Source: a bacterium
GTDB lineage: Bacteria; Zhuqueibacterota; Zhuqueibacteria; Oceanimicrobiales; Oceanimicrobiaceae
Assembly (NCBI GenBank): GCA_046757525.1
Contig: JBHHYI010000001.1
Coordinates: 1-64,000, forward strand
Direction of reading: 5' to 3'
Length of the DNA: 64,000 nucleotides
The first letter of the stretch is position 1; every line of letters begins with the position of its first letter. The notes beneath the pieces are model-generated. The model did no database searches. It saw nothing but the letters and a program-made list of their open reading frames with translations, and was not told where the DNA came from. The translations under genes and the position numbers were made by a program. Positions 36,607-49,639 of this stretch are shown here, piece by piece.

Positions 36607-37902
36607 GTGGCTTTCAAAGTTGACCTCAAGACGGTATTGAATGGTTTGATTCGATACGGGGTGCTTTTATTGACGATAATGGTTGCTTTAAGTCTAATCC
36701 AGGACGGTGCAATTGCTCAGAAAAAGAAAAAGAAGAAGAAGGGCAAAAAGCATAGCGAAGAGTATGAGCAGGCTTATCGGGATTCTCTGAAAAAGGAATA
36801 CACTAAGAAACTAAACCTTTACTGGAGTTTCGGGTACGAAAACTACAAAAACAAGCAATATGCCGATGCATCAAGGCACTTTTGGAGAGTGGCCAGAATG
36901 GATACCACAAACAAATTTCCAAAGGTTTATCAGTACCTTGGACAAAGCTATTTTCAGCTCCAAAAGCCAGACACAGCGCAAATCGTATATGAAATGGGCA
37001 TCAAGAAATATCCCAAAGAAGCCCATTTGCATCGCATGCTCGGTTACATCTTGAGTCAGCGAGAGCAAACGGACGCGGCCATTGAGCAGTATGAGGCTGT
37101 CGTCAAACTCGAGCCCAAAGCTGTGGATGATTGGCGACAACTTGCAAATTTGTATGTTAGGACCGACAGGATGGAAGATGCCATCAGTGCTTATGAGAAA
37201 ATCGTTGAGCTGGTCCCCGAGGACGTCCAGGCCTCCAATACGCTGGCCGAATTGTTGAAATCCACGGGAGACATCGAACGCGTAATCGCAGCGAAAGAGG
37301 AAGCTGTGGCCAAGGATTCAACCAACACGCAGCTCTTGTTTGAGCTTGGCAAAATCTATTTCGATCAGTCTGAATATGAGAAGGCCATCGAAAAATTCAA
37401 AGCTTTGTTGAAAATAACCCCCGATGACGAGAATGCGTTAGAATATGTTGGCAATGCCTATCAAAGCATGGAACGGTATCGATCGGCCATTGCTGAATTC
37501 AACAAGGTTCTGAAACTTGAGGCCGGCAACAAGAAAGTGTTGGCAGAAATCAGCCGTTGTTACCGGGGTTTGAACAATTTCCCCCGGGCTCGAGCTTACG
37601 CCAGAAAGGCTCTTGCGGTTGATAACCAGTATGGACTGGGTTGGATTGTTTTGGGGGAAGCTTACGAGGCCAGCGCAGAAAAGTGTGTGAAAGCCAAACG
37701 AGGTAAGATTGACTTCAACGACAAATTGGTCTACGAAAAGGCTTATTTCCAATACCGAAAAGCTTTATCTGACCTTGAGTACAAGGGCGACGCCGAGAGA
37801 AAAATCAATTATTTGCGAGGTGTCTTACCGACAAAAGAAGACAAGTTCATGCACAAGAATCAGAAGCAACCTAAAGGTGATTGTTACAAGTGGATGCGGT
37901 AG
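36607..37902 (+). CDS. Exported tetratricopeptide-repeat protein
   Basis: N-terminal hydrophobic segment, poly-Lys, multiple TPR-like repeats (LGQSY, LGKIY..AIEKF..P); GGAGG SD before GTG. Confidence 0.85.
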   Translation: MAFKVDLKTVLNGLIRYGVLLLTIMVALSLIQDGAIAQKKKKKKKGKKHSEEYEQAYRDSLKKEYTKKLNLYWSFGYENYKNKQYADASRHFWRVARMDTTNKFPKVYQYLGQSYFQLQKPDTAQIVYEMGIKKYPKEAHLHRMLGYILSQREQTDAAIEQYEAVVKLEPKAVDDWRQLANLYVRTDRMEDAISAYEKIVELVPEDVQASNTLAELLKSTGDIERVIAAKEEAVAKDSTNTQLLFELGKIYFDQSEYEKAIEKFKALLKITPDDENALEYVGNAYQSMERYRSAIAEFNKVLKLEAGNKKVLAEISRCYRGLNNFPRARAYARKALAVDNQYGLGWIVLGEAYEASAEKCVKAKRGKIDFNDKLVYEKAYFQYRKALSDLEYKGDAERKINYLRGVLPTKEDKFMHKNQKQPKGDCYKWMR

Positions 37903-37937
37903 GGACCTGAAAGTCTAATAACAAACAAGGAATACTG

Positions 37938-39230
37938 TTGGAGCTGATAAAAAAGACAGATCCCCAATTATACCGGGCTATCGTAGATGAAATCCACAGA
38001 CAGAATGAAAAGCTTGAATTAATAGCGTCCGAGAATTTCGTCAGTCCTGCCGTGTTGCAGGCCATGGGGCAGGTCATGACCAACAAATATGCCGAGGGTT
38101 ACCCGGCTAAGCGATATTACGGCGGTTGCGAATTTGTAGATGTTGCAGAAGAATTAGCCCGAGACAGAGCCAAGAAACTTTTCCAAGCGGAACACGCCAA
38201 CGTACAACCCCACTCAGGTTCCCAGGCCAACATAGCGGCCTATTTTTCTTTCATAAAGCCTGGGGACACGATTTTAGGCATGAATTTGTCCCATGGGGGG
38301 CATCTGACCCACGGCAGTCCGGTGAATTTTTCCGGGCGAATTTTCCGGGTAGTCTTTTATGGCGTCAATCGAGAGACTGGGCGCATCGACCTGGACGAAG
38401 TGGCGGCTGTGGCCGAAAAAGAAAAGCCGCGGCTCATCATCGTCGGTGCCAGCGCCTACGCCAGAGCTATCGATTATGAATCCTTCAGATGGATTGCTGA
38501 CAAAGTGGGGGCATATCTTGTTGCCGACATTGCTCATCCCGCGGGCTTGATCGCCTGTGAATTGTTGCCAAGTCCAATGCCCCATTGTCATGCCGTGACC
38601 ACGACAACACACAAGACTCTGCGCGGGCCCCGCGGCGGCATGATTCTGATCGGAAAGGATCAAGAAAATGATTTGGGGATAAAGACGCCCAAGGGGCGGA
38701 CCAAACTCTGGTCTGAAATCATCGATTCTAACGTCTTTCCCGGCTTTCAGGGCGGCCCTCTCATGCACATCATCGCAGCCAAAGCGCTGGCCTTCAAAGA
38801 AGCGCTGCAGCCAGACTTCAGAGAGTATTCTAAACAGGTTATCCGGAATGCACAAACTCTGGCCAATGAACTGATGGAGATGGGATATCATGTCGTCTCA
38901 GGCGGCACCGACACGCATCTGATGCTGGTCGACTTGCGCAACAAGGGCTTGACCGGCAAGCAGGCCGAACAGGCTTTGGAACAAGCGGGCATCACGGTCA
39001 ACAAGAACATGGTTCCTTTCGATGACCAGAGTCCCTTTGTGACCAGTGGCATTCGTTTAGGGACGCCGGCTTTGACAACCCGCGGCATGAAAGAAAAGGA
39101 GATGGCGGAAATCGCAAAGTTCATCGATTCCGTTTTGTCGCAGATTGACGATAAGACTGTGATCAAAGAGGTCGCCCATGAGACTTTTGAGCTGTGCGAG
39201 CGATTTCCGTTGTACCAGGTGCCGGACTGA
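37938..39230 (+). CDS. glyA: Serine hydroxymethyltransferase
   Basis: [27 protein letters not shown]. Confidence 0.99.
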   Translation: MELIKKTDPQLYRAIVDEIHRQNEKLELIASENFVSPAVLQAMGQVMTNKYAEGYPAKRYYGGCEFVDVAEELARDRAKKLFQAEHANVQPHSGSQANIAAYFSFIKPGDTILGMNLSHGGHLTHGSPVNFSGRIFRVVFYGVNRETGRIDLDEVAAVAEKEKPRLIIVGASAYARAIDYESFRWIADKVGAYLVADIAHPAGLIACELLPSPMPHCHAVTTTTHKTLRGPRGGMILIGKDQENDLGIKTPKGRTKLWSEIIDSNVFPGFQGGPLMHIIAAKALAFKEALQPDFREYSKQVIRNAQTLANELMEMGYHVVSGGTDTHLMLVDLRNKGLTGKQAEQALEQAGITVNKNMVPFDDQSPFVTSGIRLGTPALTTRGMKEKEMAEIAKFIDSVLSQIDDKTVIKEVAHETFELCERFPLYQVPD

Positions 39231-39236
39231 ACGATC

Positions 39237-39695
39237 ATGCGCTGCCCTTACTGTAAATATGAAGATAGCCGCGTCATCGACTCTCGTGCCAGCAACGAGG
39301 GGCGGGCCATAAGAAGGCGAAGGGAGTGCTTGTCATGCAAACGGAGATTCACCACCAAGGAGCATGTGGAAGAGTCTCCGCTTATGGTGGTCAAAACGGA
39401 TGGACGGCGTGAAATCTATGATCAGAGTAAGCTGAGGCGAAGCCTGCAAATCGCCTGCATCAAAAGGCCCATTTCTGTGAACACCATCGATGATATCGTG
39501 ACGAAGATCGAAGGTCGATTGCGCGACAAATCCCAGGATGAAATCAATTCTCGTGAAATCGGGGAGTTGGTCATCAATTACCTTCGAGAACTGGATGAGG
39601 TCGCCTACGTAAGATTTGCTTCCGTTTATCGCAATTTTCAGGATAAGGAAGAATTCTTGAGCGAGCTGGAGGGCCTAAAGGAACTCGGCAAATAG
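39237..39695 (+). CDS. nrdR: Transcriptional repressor NrdR
   Basis: MRCPYC..VIDSR..RRRRECLSC, ATP cone, VAYVRFASVY. Confidence 0.98.
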   Translation: MRCPYCKYEDSRVIDSRASNEGRAIRRRRECLSCKRRFTTKEHVEESPLMVVKTDGRREIYDQSKLRRSLQIACIKRPISVNTIDDIVTKIEGRLRDKSQDEINSREIGELVINYLRELDEVAYVRFASVYRNFQDKEEFLSELEGLKELGK

Positions 39696-39792
39696 AACAG
39701 ACTTAAAAGTTGTGGAATGATATTGGGCAGATAGATTTGGTTGTCCCATTCTTTTGAGGGTTACCACTATCTGCTGTTTTATGTTTGGACAC

Positions 39793-40548
39793 ATGGAGAA
39801 CAAACCCAAAGGAACCGACGTGAGAGAAATGCCCTTTCTCGATCATCTGGAAGAATTGCGTTGGCGACTGATAAAATCAATTGCCGCAATCGTCCTCAGT
39901 GCCATCGCGGTCTACTTTTTTTCTGACAAGGTCCTTTCTTTGCTGATAAGGCCCTACAACCTGGCGGCGGAGAATTTGCAAAAAACCAACGTACAGCGAT
40001 TGATTTTTTTGACGCCCACCGGGGGCTTCATGATTCGCATTAAGCTCTCTATTTTTGTCGGGATTTTGATTTCTTTGCCGGTGATATTCTACCAGGTGTG
40101 GAAGTTTGTGGTGCCAGGGCTTCTGCAAAAAGAGCGTAAATATGTGCCTGTGGTGGTTTTGTTCTCCACCTTCTGCTTCTTGACCGGAGCGTTGTTCTGT
40201 TATCTGGTGGTTTTGCGGTACGGGCTGCGGTTTTTATTGAGTTTTGAAACGGCTGATCTGGCGGCCACTATTTCCGTCAACGAGTACTTGCAATTTGTCA
40301 CCATGTTGATTCTTGTTTTTGGTTTGGTTTTCGAGCTCCCTGTTTTGTCTTTTTTTTTGACGAAAATTGGTCTTCTCACACCCCCCTTTTTGCGTCACTA
40401 CCGGCGGCATGGGATTGTCATCATGGTTATTCTTGCTGCGATGATTACGCCCCCCGACGTTTTTACACAGGTGCTTTTAGCCGGCCCACTCATCATGCTG
40501 TATGAAATCAGCATCCTGGTTTCAAAAATCGCGGTGCGCAAGTCTTAG
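39793..40548 (+). CDS. tatC: Twin-arginine translocase TatC
   Basis: MPFLDHLEELR, FELPV, ITPPD, LYEISI; start uncertain (39781 or 39793). Confidence 0.97.
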   Translation: MENKPKGTDVREMPFLDHLEELRWRLIKSIAAIVLSAIAVYFFSDKVLSLLIRPYNLAAENLQKTNVQRLIFLTPTGGFMIRIKLSIFVGILISLPVIFYQVWKFVVPGLLQKERKYVPVVVLFSTFCFLTGALFCYLVVLRYGLRFLLSFETADLAATISVNEYLQFVTMLILVFGLVFELPVLSFFLTKIGLLTPPFLRHYRRHGIVIMVILAAMITPPDVFTQVLLAGPLIMLYEISILVSKIAVRKS

Positions 40549-40616
40549 TCAATTAATAATCAAGTAACCTCAGCAGTGAGACGAAATACTAAATTGGGAT
40601 CTGGAGGAAGCAATTT

Positions 40617-41171
40617 ATGGCTATAAAGGCAGACAGATGGATCAAGAAGATGGCCCTGGAACATGACATGATTTCGCCCTTCATCGAGAAACAAGTTCGG
40701 GACCAGGTCATTTCTTACGGCGTCTCATCTTACGGCTACGACATCAGAATTGCTGATGAGTTCAAGATTTTCACAAACCTGAACTCTACTATTGTCGACC
40801 CCAAGCAGTTAGATGCCAAATCTCTCGTCGATTTCAAAGGGGAGGTGTGCATTATTCCGCCTAATTCATTTGCCTTAGGACGAACCATTGAGTATTTCAA
40901 AATTCCCAGAAAAGTCATGACCATTTGCGTGGGCAAGTCGACTTATGCCCGCTGTGGCATTATCACCAATGTCACGCCTTTGGAGCCGGGATGGGAAGGG
41001 TTCGTGACCCTGGAGATTTCTAATACCACGCCCTTGCCAGCCAAGATCTATGCCGGCGAGGGAATCGCGCAAATTCTATTTTTCGAAAGCGACGAGGATT
41101 GCCTAATTTCTTATGCGGACAAAACCGGTAAGTATCAGGCACAAAAGGGCATCACTTTGCCCAAAGTATGA
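40617..41171 (+). CDS. dcd: dCTP deaminase
   Basis: [25 protein letters not shown]. Confidence 0.96.
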   Translation: MAIKADRWIKKMALEHDMISPFIEKQVRDQVISYGVSSYGYDIRIADEFKIFTNLNSTIVDPKQLDAKSLVDFKGEVCIIPPNSFALGRTIEYFKIPRKVMTICVGKSTYARCGIITNVTPLEPGWEGFVTLEISNTTPLPAKIYAGEGIAQILFFESDEDCLISYADKTGKYQAQKGITLPKV

Positions 41172-41180
41172 AATTCAATT

Positions 41181-42020
41181 GTGAGTATTATGAATAGAAG
41201 TCCTCAATATGCCGATTTGCATCTACATTCAAACAGATCAGACGGGTTTTGCACGCCCGATCAATTGGTTGAAAAAGCCTTAGAACATAATCTTAAGGCG
41301 ATTGCAATAGTCGATCATGATGACATCAGTGCTCTGGAGGAGGCCATCCCGTTCGGAAAGGAGAAAGGCATTGAAGTCATCCCGGGGGTAGAATTGAGTG
41401 TGCAGCACAACAATCTGGAGTTCCACCTATTAGGCTACTGCTTTGACCTCGGCAACCCCGAATTGCAGGCGCAGCTAAGGCTGTTCAAAGAAAACCGTGT
41501 GCAGAGGGCCCGGAAAATTGTGAACAAGTTGTCTAAATTGGGCGTCGCTATTTCTTTTGAAGAGGTCATTCAGAGGGCGGGCGAGGGTACGGTCGGCAGA
41601 CCCCATATTGCTGAGGTCTTGCTGGAGCAGGGGTGTGTGTTTTCTTTTCAAGACGCTTTCAATCGTTACCTCGGCAGCGGCAAGCCAGCCTACGAGCAAA
41701 ACTTCCGGATGGATTTCATTACGGCGCTCAGATTGGTGCGTGGTGCAGGTGGGATCTGCTCCATTGCTCATCCAGCCCTGGTGTTGGATGACGAGATGAT
41801 TTACCAGTTAATCAAAGCAGGCATCGAAGGCATCGAAACCATTCATCCCAAACACAACCTGGAGAAAACGCGCTATTTCAGCGAAATTGCGAGAAGGAAC
41901 GGCCTGGTTGAAACCGGAGGGTCCGACTATCATGGTGGCAAGAAAGGGGAGGAAGCCCTGGGGCATTACAGAATTTCAATGGAAAACGTGTTGAGATTGA
42001 AGGAAATATCTTCGTGTTAG
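41181..42020 (+). CDS. PHP-domain phosphoesterase (TrpH/YciV-like)
   Basis: DLHLHS..SDG, DHD, GVELS, GRPHIA, AHP, GGSDYHG. Confidence 0.92.
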   Translation: MSIMNRSPQYADLHLHSNRSDGFCTPDQLVEKALEHNLKAIAIVDHDDISALEEAIPFGKEKGIEVIPGVELSVQHNNLEFHLLGYCFDLGNPELQAQLRLFKENRVQRARKIVNKLSKLGVAISFEEVIQRAGEGTVGRPHIAEVLLEQGCVFSFQDAFNRYLGSGKPAYEQNFRMDFITALRLVRGAGGICSIAHPALVLDDEMIYQLIKAGIEGIETIHPKHNLEKTRYFSEIARRNGLVETGGSDYHGGKKGEEALGHYRISMENVLRLKEISSC

Positions 42021-42029
42021 TGAGAGCGT

Positions 42030-42662
42030 ATGATTGTTGAGAAGATAGAGGTCGGCGTATTTGCGGAGAATTGCTACATGGTCGGCTGTGAGGAAACGCG
42101 TGAGGCCGTCGTTATCGATCCGGGAGATGAAATAGCTAAGATTCTCGACCGAATCGAAGACAGGGCCCTGAATATAAAATATATTTTGCTTACCCACGCC
42201 CATCTGGATCATGTAAAAGAGGTCCAGACTTTCAAGAGAAGCCTGCCGGTGCCGATTCTCATGCACGCAGCGGACCAGTTTCTTCTGGACAATTTGCCGG
42301 CACAAGCAGCGGCCTTTGGCCTGACGACCTCAGGAATTCCTCATGTTGATGTAAACATCGACGAGGGCGACGAAATAGCGTTCGGCCAGCTCCGATTCAA
42401 GGTGCTGCACACGCCGGGCCATTCCCCTGGCAGTGTTTCCTTCGTGGCCTCGAATGCTGCTTTTGTTGGAGACGCCCTATTTGCAGGCTCCATTGGTAGA
42501 ACCGATTTGCCTGGTGGAGACTATGATTTGCTCATGAAATCAATCAGAGAAAAGCTGTTGACCCTGCCGGAAGCAACAGAAATCTATCCGGGTCACGGTC
42601 CAGTTTCCACCATTGGCCACGAAAAACAAACCAATCCTTTTCTAACAACTGCGTTGCGATGA
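42030..42662 (+). CDS. MBL-fold hydrolase (glyoxalase II/GloC-like)
   Basis: THAHLDHV, TPGHSPG, GDALF, GRTDL, PGHG. Confidence 0.93.
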   Translation: MIVEKIEVGVFAENCYMVGCEETREAVVIDPGDEIAKILDRIEDRALNIKYILLTHAHLDHVKEVQTFKRSLPVPILMHAADQFLLDNLPAQAAAFGLTTSGIPHVDVNIDEGDEIAFGQLRFKVLHTPGHSPGSVSFVASNAAFVGDALFAGSIGRTDLPGGDYDLLMKSIREKLLTLPEATEIYPGHGPVSTIGHEKQTNPFLTTALR

Positions 42663-42695
42663 CGATGTTGCGCAAGCAACGCATCGAACTGAAGT

Positions 42696-43388
42696 ATGGA
42701 GAAGTCAATGAGTAATCTTGCGAACAATCGAGTCACCCTGGCTCAAGTTAAAACAGACCCCCAAATTCAAGCCTACATCAAAAGAGCGGATGAATACTTG
42801 GGCATAAGCGGATACACCGAACATGGCAAACGGCATTGCGGTCTGGTCGCCAAATTCGCTTACGATATCTTAACCCAATTGGGCTTTCCTGAACGCGACG
42901 CCGAACTCTCGGCCATCGCTGGGTATTTGCACGACATCGGCAACGTATTCAGCAGAAAGAGCCATGCTTACACGGGAGCCGTGCTTGCGCACACTTTGCT
43001 GAAAGACCTGAACATGGATATGGATGAAATCACGGAAATCGTTGCCGCCATTGGAGGCCACGATGACGATGGGTGTGAACCTGTAAGCCGCATTGCCGCC
43101 GGGCTGGTACTGGCGGATAAATCCGACGTCCATCGCTCTCGGGTAAGAAATCCCGACATGATCAAATTTGACATCCACGACCGAGTCAACTATGCCGTGG
43201 AAAAATCGAAACTCAGGGTTGATCGAGAGCACAAAACCATCAGCCTGGAACTTGAGATTGATTTGAATATCTCATCTGTCATGGAGTATTTTGAAATCTT
43301 CCTCAACCGCATGTTGTATTGTAAGCGGGCTGCCAATTTTTTGGCCTGCACGTTCAGCCTGGTGGTCAACGAAAACCGTCTACTTTAA
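42696..43388 (+). CDS. HD-domain phosphohydrolase
   Basis: GYTEHG..H, YLHDIGN, HD, LADKSDVHRSRVR. Confidence 0.88.
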   Translation: MEKSMSNLANNRVTLAQVKTDPQIQAYIKRADEYLGISGYTEHGKRHCGLVAKFAYDILTQLGFPERDAELSAIAGYLHDIGNVFSRKSHAYTGAVLAHTLLKDLNMDMDEITEIVAAIGGHDDDGCEPVSRIAAGLVLADKSDVHRSRVRNPDMIKFDIHDRVNYAVEKSKLRVDREHKTISLELEIDLNISSVMEYFEIFLNRMLYCKRAANFLACTFSLVVNENRLL

Positions 43389-43416
43389 AGATCGCGTTTT
43401 GTTGTGCAAAAATAAC

Positions 43417-43445
43417 TTGCAAATTATTTATAAATTTATTATAAT
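43417..43445 (+). promoter_or_regulatory. Putative sigma70 promoter of rne/rng
   Basis: TTGCAA-17 nt-TATAAT in AT-rich spacer. Confidence 0.7.
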
Positions 43446-43619
43446 AAAAGTACTTTGCTTAGGTATTGAAACGAAAAGGGATAGCGATATCCCTTTTTAT
43501 TTGTTAAAGTGTTCTTTGAAATTTTCCTCACTGTTCTACCCTTTGGTCCCCGCGAACTCAGAATGTTGTGAAGGCATTCGAATTAATATGGTGATTAGGA
43601 AGGTGATGTTTTTATCGCA

Positions 43620-45140
43620 ATGAAAAAAGAGATCATAATTAATTCCACAGTTAGCGAGACGAGAATTTCCATATTAGAAGATGGCAGGTTGGCCGAACTT
43701 TTTGTTGAAAGGCCTGAAAATGAGAGAATGGTCGGTGACATCTACCTGGGTAAGGTGGTCAATGTGGTGTTGGGGCTGCAAGCCGCATTTGTCAACATTG
43801 GTCACCCTCAGGACGCTTTCTTGCATTTTTCTGATATAGGGAACGTTCTTGTGGATTACAAGGTATTTGCAGACTTAAATGGTTCAAGGAATAATTCTCA
43901 CGGAAAATATGGGAGGCCAGTTCCTAAAGAAGGGCAAGAAATCTTAGTACAAATCATTAAAGAACCTATCAACAAAAAAGGTGCGAGGGTAACAACAGAA
44001 ATTTCCATTCCTGGACGATTTTTGGTTTTGGTTCCTAAGTCAGACGCAGTAGGTGTGTCGAAAAAAATCAATCGAGTTAAGGAAAAACGAAGGCTCAAAA
44101 AAATTGTGCGCGGGATCAAGCCTGACGGCTTCGGGTTAATCGTGAGAACAGTGGCGGAAAATCAAGATGAAAAAGCATTAAAAGCTGATTTGGATAACCT
44201 GATCAGGGAATGGAAAAAAATTCAAAAAAAACTCAGAGGCAAATCCCCTCCATCTTTGATTCACAAAGATATCGCCATGGCTTCGAGCGTTATCCGAGAC
44301 CTGTTCACCAGCGATGTTCAAAAATTGGTGTTGGATAACAAGAAATTGTACAAACAGATTTCTGGGTATCTTAAGGACGTTGCGCCGTCGTTGTACAACC
44401 GGGTTAAGTATTATGGCAATCACAAACCCATTTTTGACGCTTACGGCATTGAAGCAGATATTGAGAAGGGCCTCTCCCGCAAGGTCTGGACGCCAAGTGG
44501 GGGGTACATCATTTTTGATCACACGGAAGCGCTGGTTGCCGTGGACGTCAACAGCGGTAAGTTCCTCGGGCGCAAGGAACCTGAAGCAAACATTTTGAAA
44601 ATCAATTTAGAAGCGGCCAAGGAAATTGCCCGGCAACTGCGCTTGCGCGACATGGGCGGGCTGATCATCATCGATTTTATCGACATGACGGATCCGGCCA
44701 ACAAAAAGAAGCTTTACGAGCATTTCCGTCGTGAACTGCGAAAGGACCGCGCCCAGGCGAATATTACACCCATCAGTGAATTTGGCTTGATCGAAATGAC
44801 GCGCGAGCGGGTGAGGCCGAGTTTGCTTTATACTTTTAGCGAGTCTTGCCCCACTTGCGACGGTACCGGGCGGGTTGTGTCAAAAACGACGGTGCTGACG
44901 CGAATTGAGCGGGCGATTAAGCGACTCAAATCCGAGTGCAGAGAATGGTCTCTGCAGCTTGTTGTGCACCCTTCGATTGCGCACTATTTGACTTCCGGAT
45001 TCAACAACAAGGTGCGCAGAATGATGTGGAAATATCGATTGAAAATTGAAGTTCTCAGGAACGACGGGTTAAGAACCGACCAGTTCAAAATAATCTTGAA
45101 AAAATCTCAACAAGAAGTCACAGACCAGTTCTTATCGTAA
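43620..45140 (+). CDS. Rne/Rng family ribonuclease (RNase G size)
   Basis: AAFVNIG, VDVNSG, EIARQLRLRDMGGLIIIDFIDM, CPTCDG; no long C-terminal scaffold. Confidence 0.95.
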   Translation: MKKEIIINSTVSETRISILEDGRLAELFVERPENERMVGDIYLGKVVNVVLGLQAAFVNIGHPQDAFLHFSDIGNVLVDYKVFADLNGSRNNSHGKYGRPVPKEGQEILVQIIKEPINKKGARVTTEISIPGRFLVLVPKSDAVGVSKKINRVKEKRRLKKIVRGIKPDGFGLIVRTVAENQDEKALKADLDNLIREWKKIQKKLRGKSPPSLIHKDIAMASSVIRDLFTSDVQKLVLDNKKLYKQISGYLKDVAPSLYNRVKYYGNHKPIFDAYGIEADIEKGLSRKVWTPSGGYIIFDHTEALVAVDVNSGKFLGRKEPEANILKINLEAAKEIARQLRLRDMGGLIIIDFIDMTDPANKKKLYEHFRRELRKDRAQANITPISEFGLIEMTRERVRPSLLYTFSESCPTCDGTGRVVSKTTVLTRIERAIKRLKSECREWSLQLVVHPSIAHYLTSGFNNKVRRMMWKYRLKIEVLRNDGLRTDQFKIILKKSQQEVTDQFLS

Positions 45141-45189
45141 GCAGGATGCAGTCATCAAAACGAAATGTTCTTAACGGGAGGTAGATTGA

Positions 45190-45525
45190 ATGTATGCTAT
45201 CGTTGATGTTGGTGGGGTCCAACTAAAGGTACGACAAGACGAGGAGGTCCTGGTTCCCAAGTTGGCTGGCGAAGTCGGCCAGGAAGTAGTATTTGACAAG
45301 GTCTTGTTCCTCTCTGACAAAGGCAAGACCAGGATTGGCCAACCGACGGTCAAGGGGGCCTCTGTTAAAGCAAAAATCCAGGGCGACGCCCGCGGCAAGA
45401 AGGTCATTGTTTTTAAGAAGAAAAGACGCAAGGGTTACAAAGTAAGAAGGGGGCATCGTCAGGAATACACGGCGGTGACCGTTGAAAGCATCAATACCAA
45501 GGCAGCCCAAAAGGAGGCAAAATAA
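45190..45525 (+). CDS. rplU: 50S ribosomal protein bL21
   Basis: [20 protein letters not shown]. Confidence 0.98.
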   Translation: MYAIVDVGGVQLKVRQDEEVLVPKLAGEVGQEVVFDKVLFLSDKGKTRIGQPTVKGASVKAKIQGDARGKKVIVFKKKRRKGYKVRRGHRQEYTAVTVESINTKAAQKEAK

Positions 45526-45528
45526 GAG

Positions 45529-45786
45529 ATGGCACATAAGAAAGGTGTAGGCAGCTCCAAAAATGGTCGGGACAGCAGGCCGCAATTTTTGGGGGTGAAG
45601 AGATTTGATGGCCAGCATGTGTCCGCAGGTAGCATTTTGGTACGCCAAAGAGGCACGCGGTTTCATCCCGGCCACAATGTTGGATTGGGCAAAGACGACA
45701 CGTTGTTTGCCAAGGCCGACGGAATTGTGAAATTTCAGAGGCAGGGTCGTTACAAGAAAAGGGTCAGTGTGTTGCCCGCCAAATGA
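45529..45786 (+). CDS. rpmA: 50S ribosomal protein bL27
   Basis: [24 protein letters not shown]. Confidence 0.99.
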   Translation: MAHKKGVGSSKNGRDSRPQFLGVKRFDGQHVSAGSILVRQRGTRFHPGHNVGLGKDDTLFAKADGIVKFQRQGRYKKRVSVLPAK

Positions 45787-45803
45787 CGTAAAACAACTCA
45801 TAA

Positions 45804-46841
<1,038 letters not shown>

Positions 46842-46868
46842 CCGGATTCTGATAGCAAGTCATGTTAC

Positions 46869-46895
46869 AAAAGCGGCACATCGCCGCTTTTTTTT
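46869..46895 (+). terminator. Intrinsic terminator after mdh
   Basis: AAAAGCGGC-ACATC-GCCGC plus T8. Confidence 0.8.
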
Positions 46896-46952
46896 GTATT
46901 TTGAATAAAAATACCTGTTTACAAAAACTATGCCAGGCCTTCTAATTTAACC

Positions 46953-46981
46953 TTGACAATCAGTACGAATTGTTTTATATT
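46953..46981 (+). promoter_or_regulatory. Putative sigma70 promoter of gatC-pyrG-lpt-rpoN operon
   Basis: TTGACA-17 nt-TATATT. Confidence 0.75.
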
Positions 46982-47029
46982 TAGCAGAACCTGTGGGAGC
47001 CTCTATTCCCATGTGCAGGAGGAAGTGGC

Positions 47030-48981
<1,952 letters not shown>

Positions 48982-49051
48982 TGATGTCAGCTCATCACTG
49001 TTGCAGAATTGAAAAAAACCAATTCTGGCCGATATTAGAGAGAGTGGAAAC

Positions 49052-49639
49052 TTGATTACCCGATTTTCATATTGCCTCACTTTGGTGCTGTTTATTTTTT
49101 CTTGTCATTCTCAAGAAGATGTGTCTTCTAATGCACCGGAGTTGACCGAACTGCCGGCTCAGGAAGGGTGGAACTCCACGTTGACAACCACCAGTCAAGG
49201 AAAATTTCAAGCGGTCATAAAGTTCGAACATATGGAAAAATTTACGAAGAAAAAAGTTACCCAATTTGATCAAGGCGTTGAGATCGATTTTTACGATGAC
49301 AGCGGAGCACATTCGTCAAAGGTCTACGCTGAGAATGCTACCCTGAACGACAGGAGCAAAAACGTGGAATTGGGTGGGCGTGTGGAGGTGCATGGCGACA
49401 ACGGCATCATCCTGAGAACGGAAAAACTGCTTTGGAACGAAGCCAAGGGTTCCATGTCTTCAGACGAATATGTTACCATCATCACGGCGGAGAACGATTC
49501 GATGTATGGCTATGGTTTCGAATCCGGGCAGTCTTTGGAAAATTGGACCATTAGCAAGCCGTGGGGCGCCAGCCCGAAAAAGTTGAACACTGAGGCGTTG
49601 GACAAAACCACAGAATCCAACCATGGTAGCCAGAATTAG
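49052..49639 (+). CDS. lptC: LPS export periplasmic protein LptC (lipoprotein-like N-terminus)
   Basis: IFSC lipobox-like N-terminus, GVEIDFY, LRTEKLLWN, YGYGF; position before lptA-lptB. Confidence 0.82.
   Translation: MITRFSYCLTLVLFIFSCHSQEDVSSNAPELTELPAQEGWNSTLTTTSQGKFQAVIKFEHMEKFTKKKVTQFDQGVEIDFYDDSGAHSSKVYAENATLNDRSKNVELGGRVEVHGDNGIILRTEKLLWNEAKGSMSSDEYVTIITAENDSMYGYGFESGQSLENWTISKPWGASPKKLNTEALDKTTESNHGSQN

Noticed and set aside
43291..43623. 110-aa ORF between the HD gene and rne
   Set aside because: It spans the AT-rich promoter and leader, overlaps the HD gene and has no protein-like motifs.
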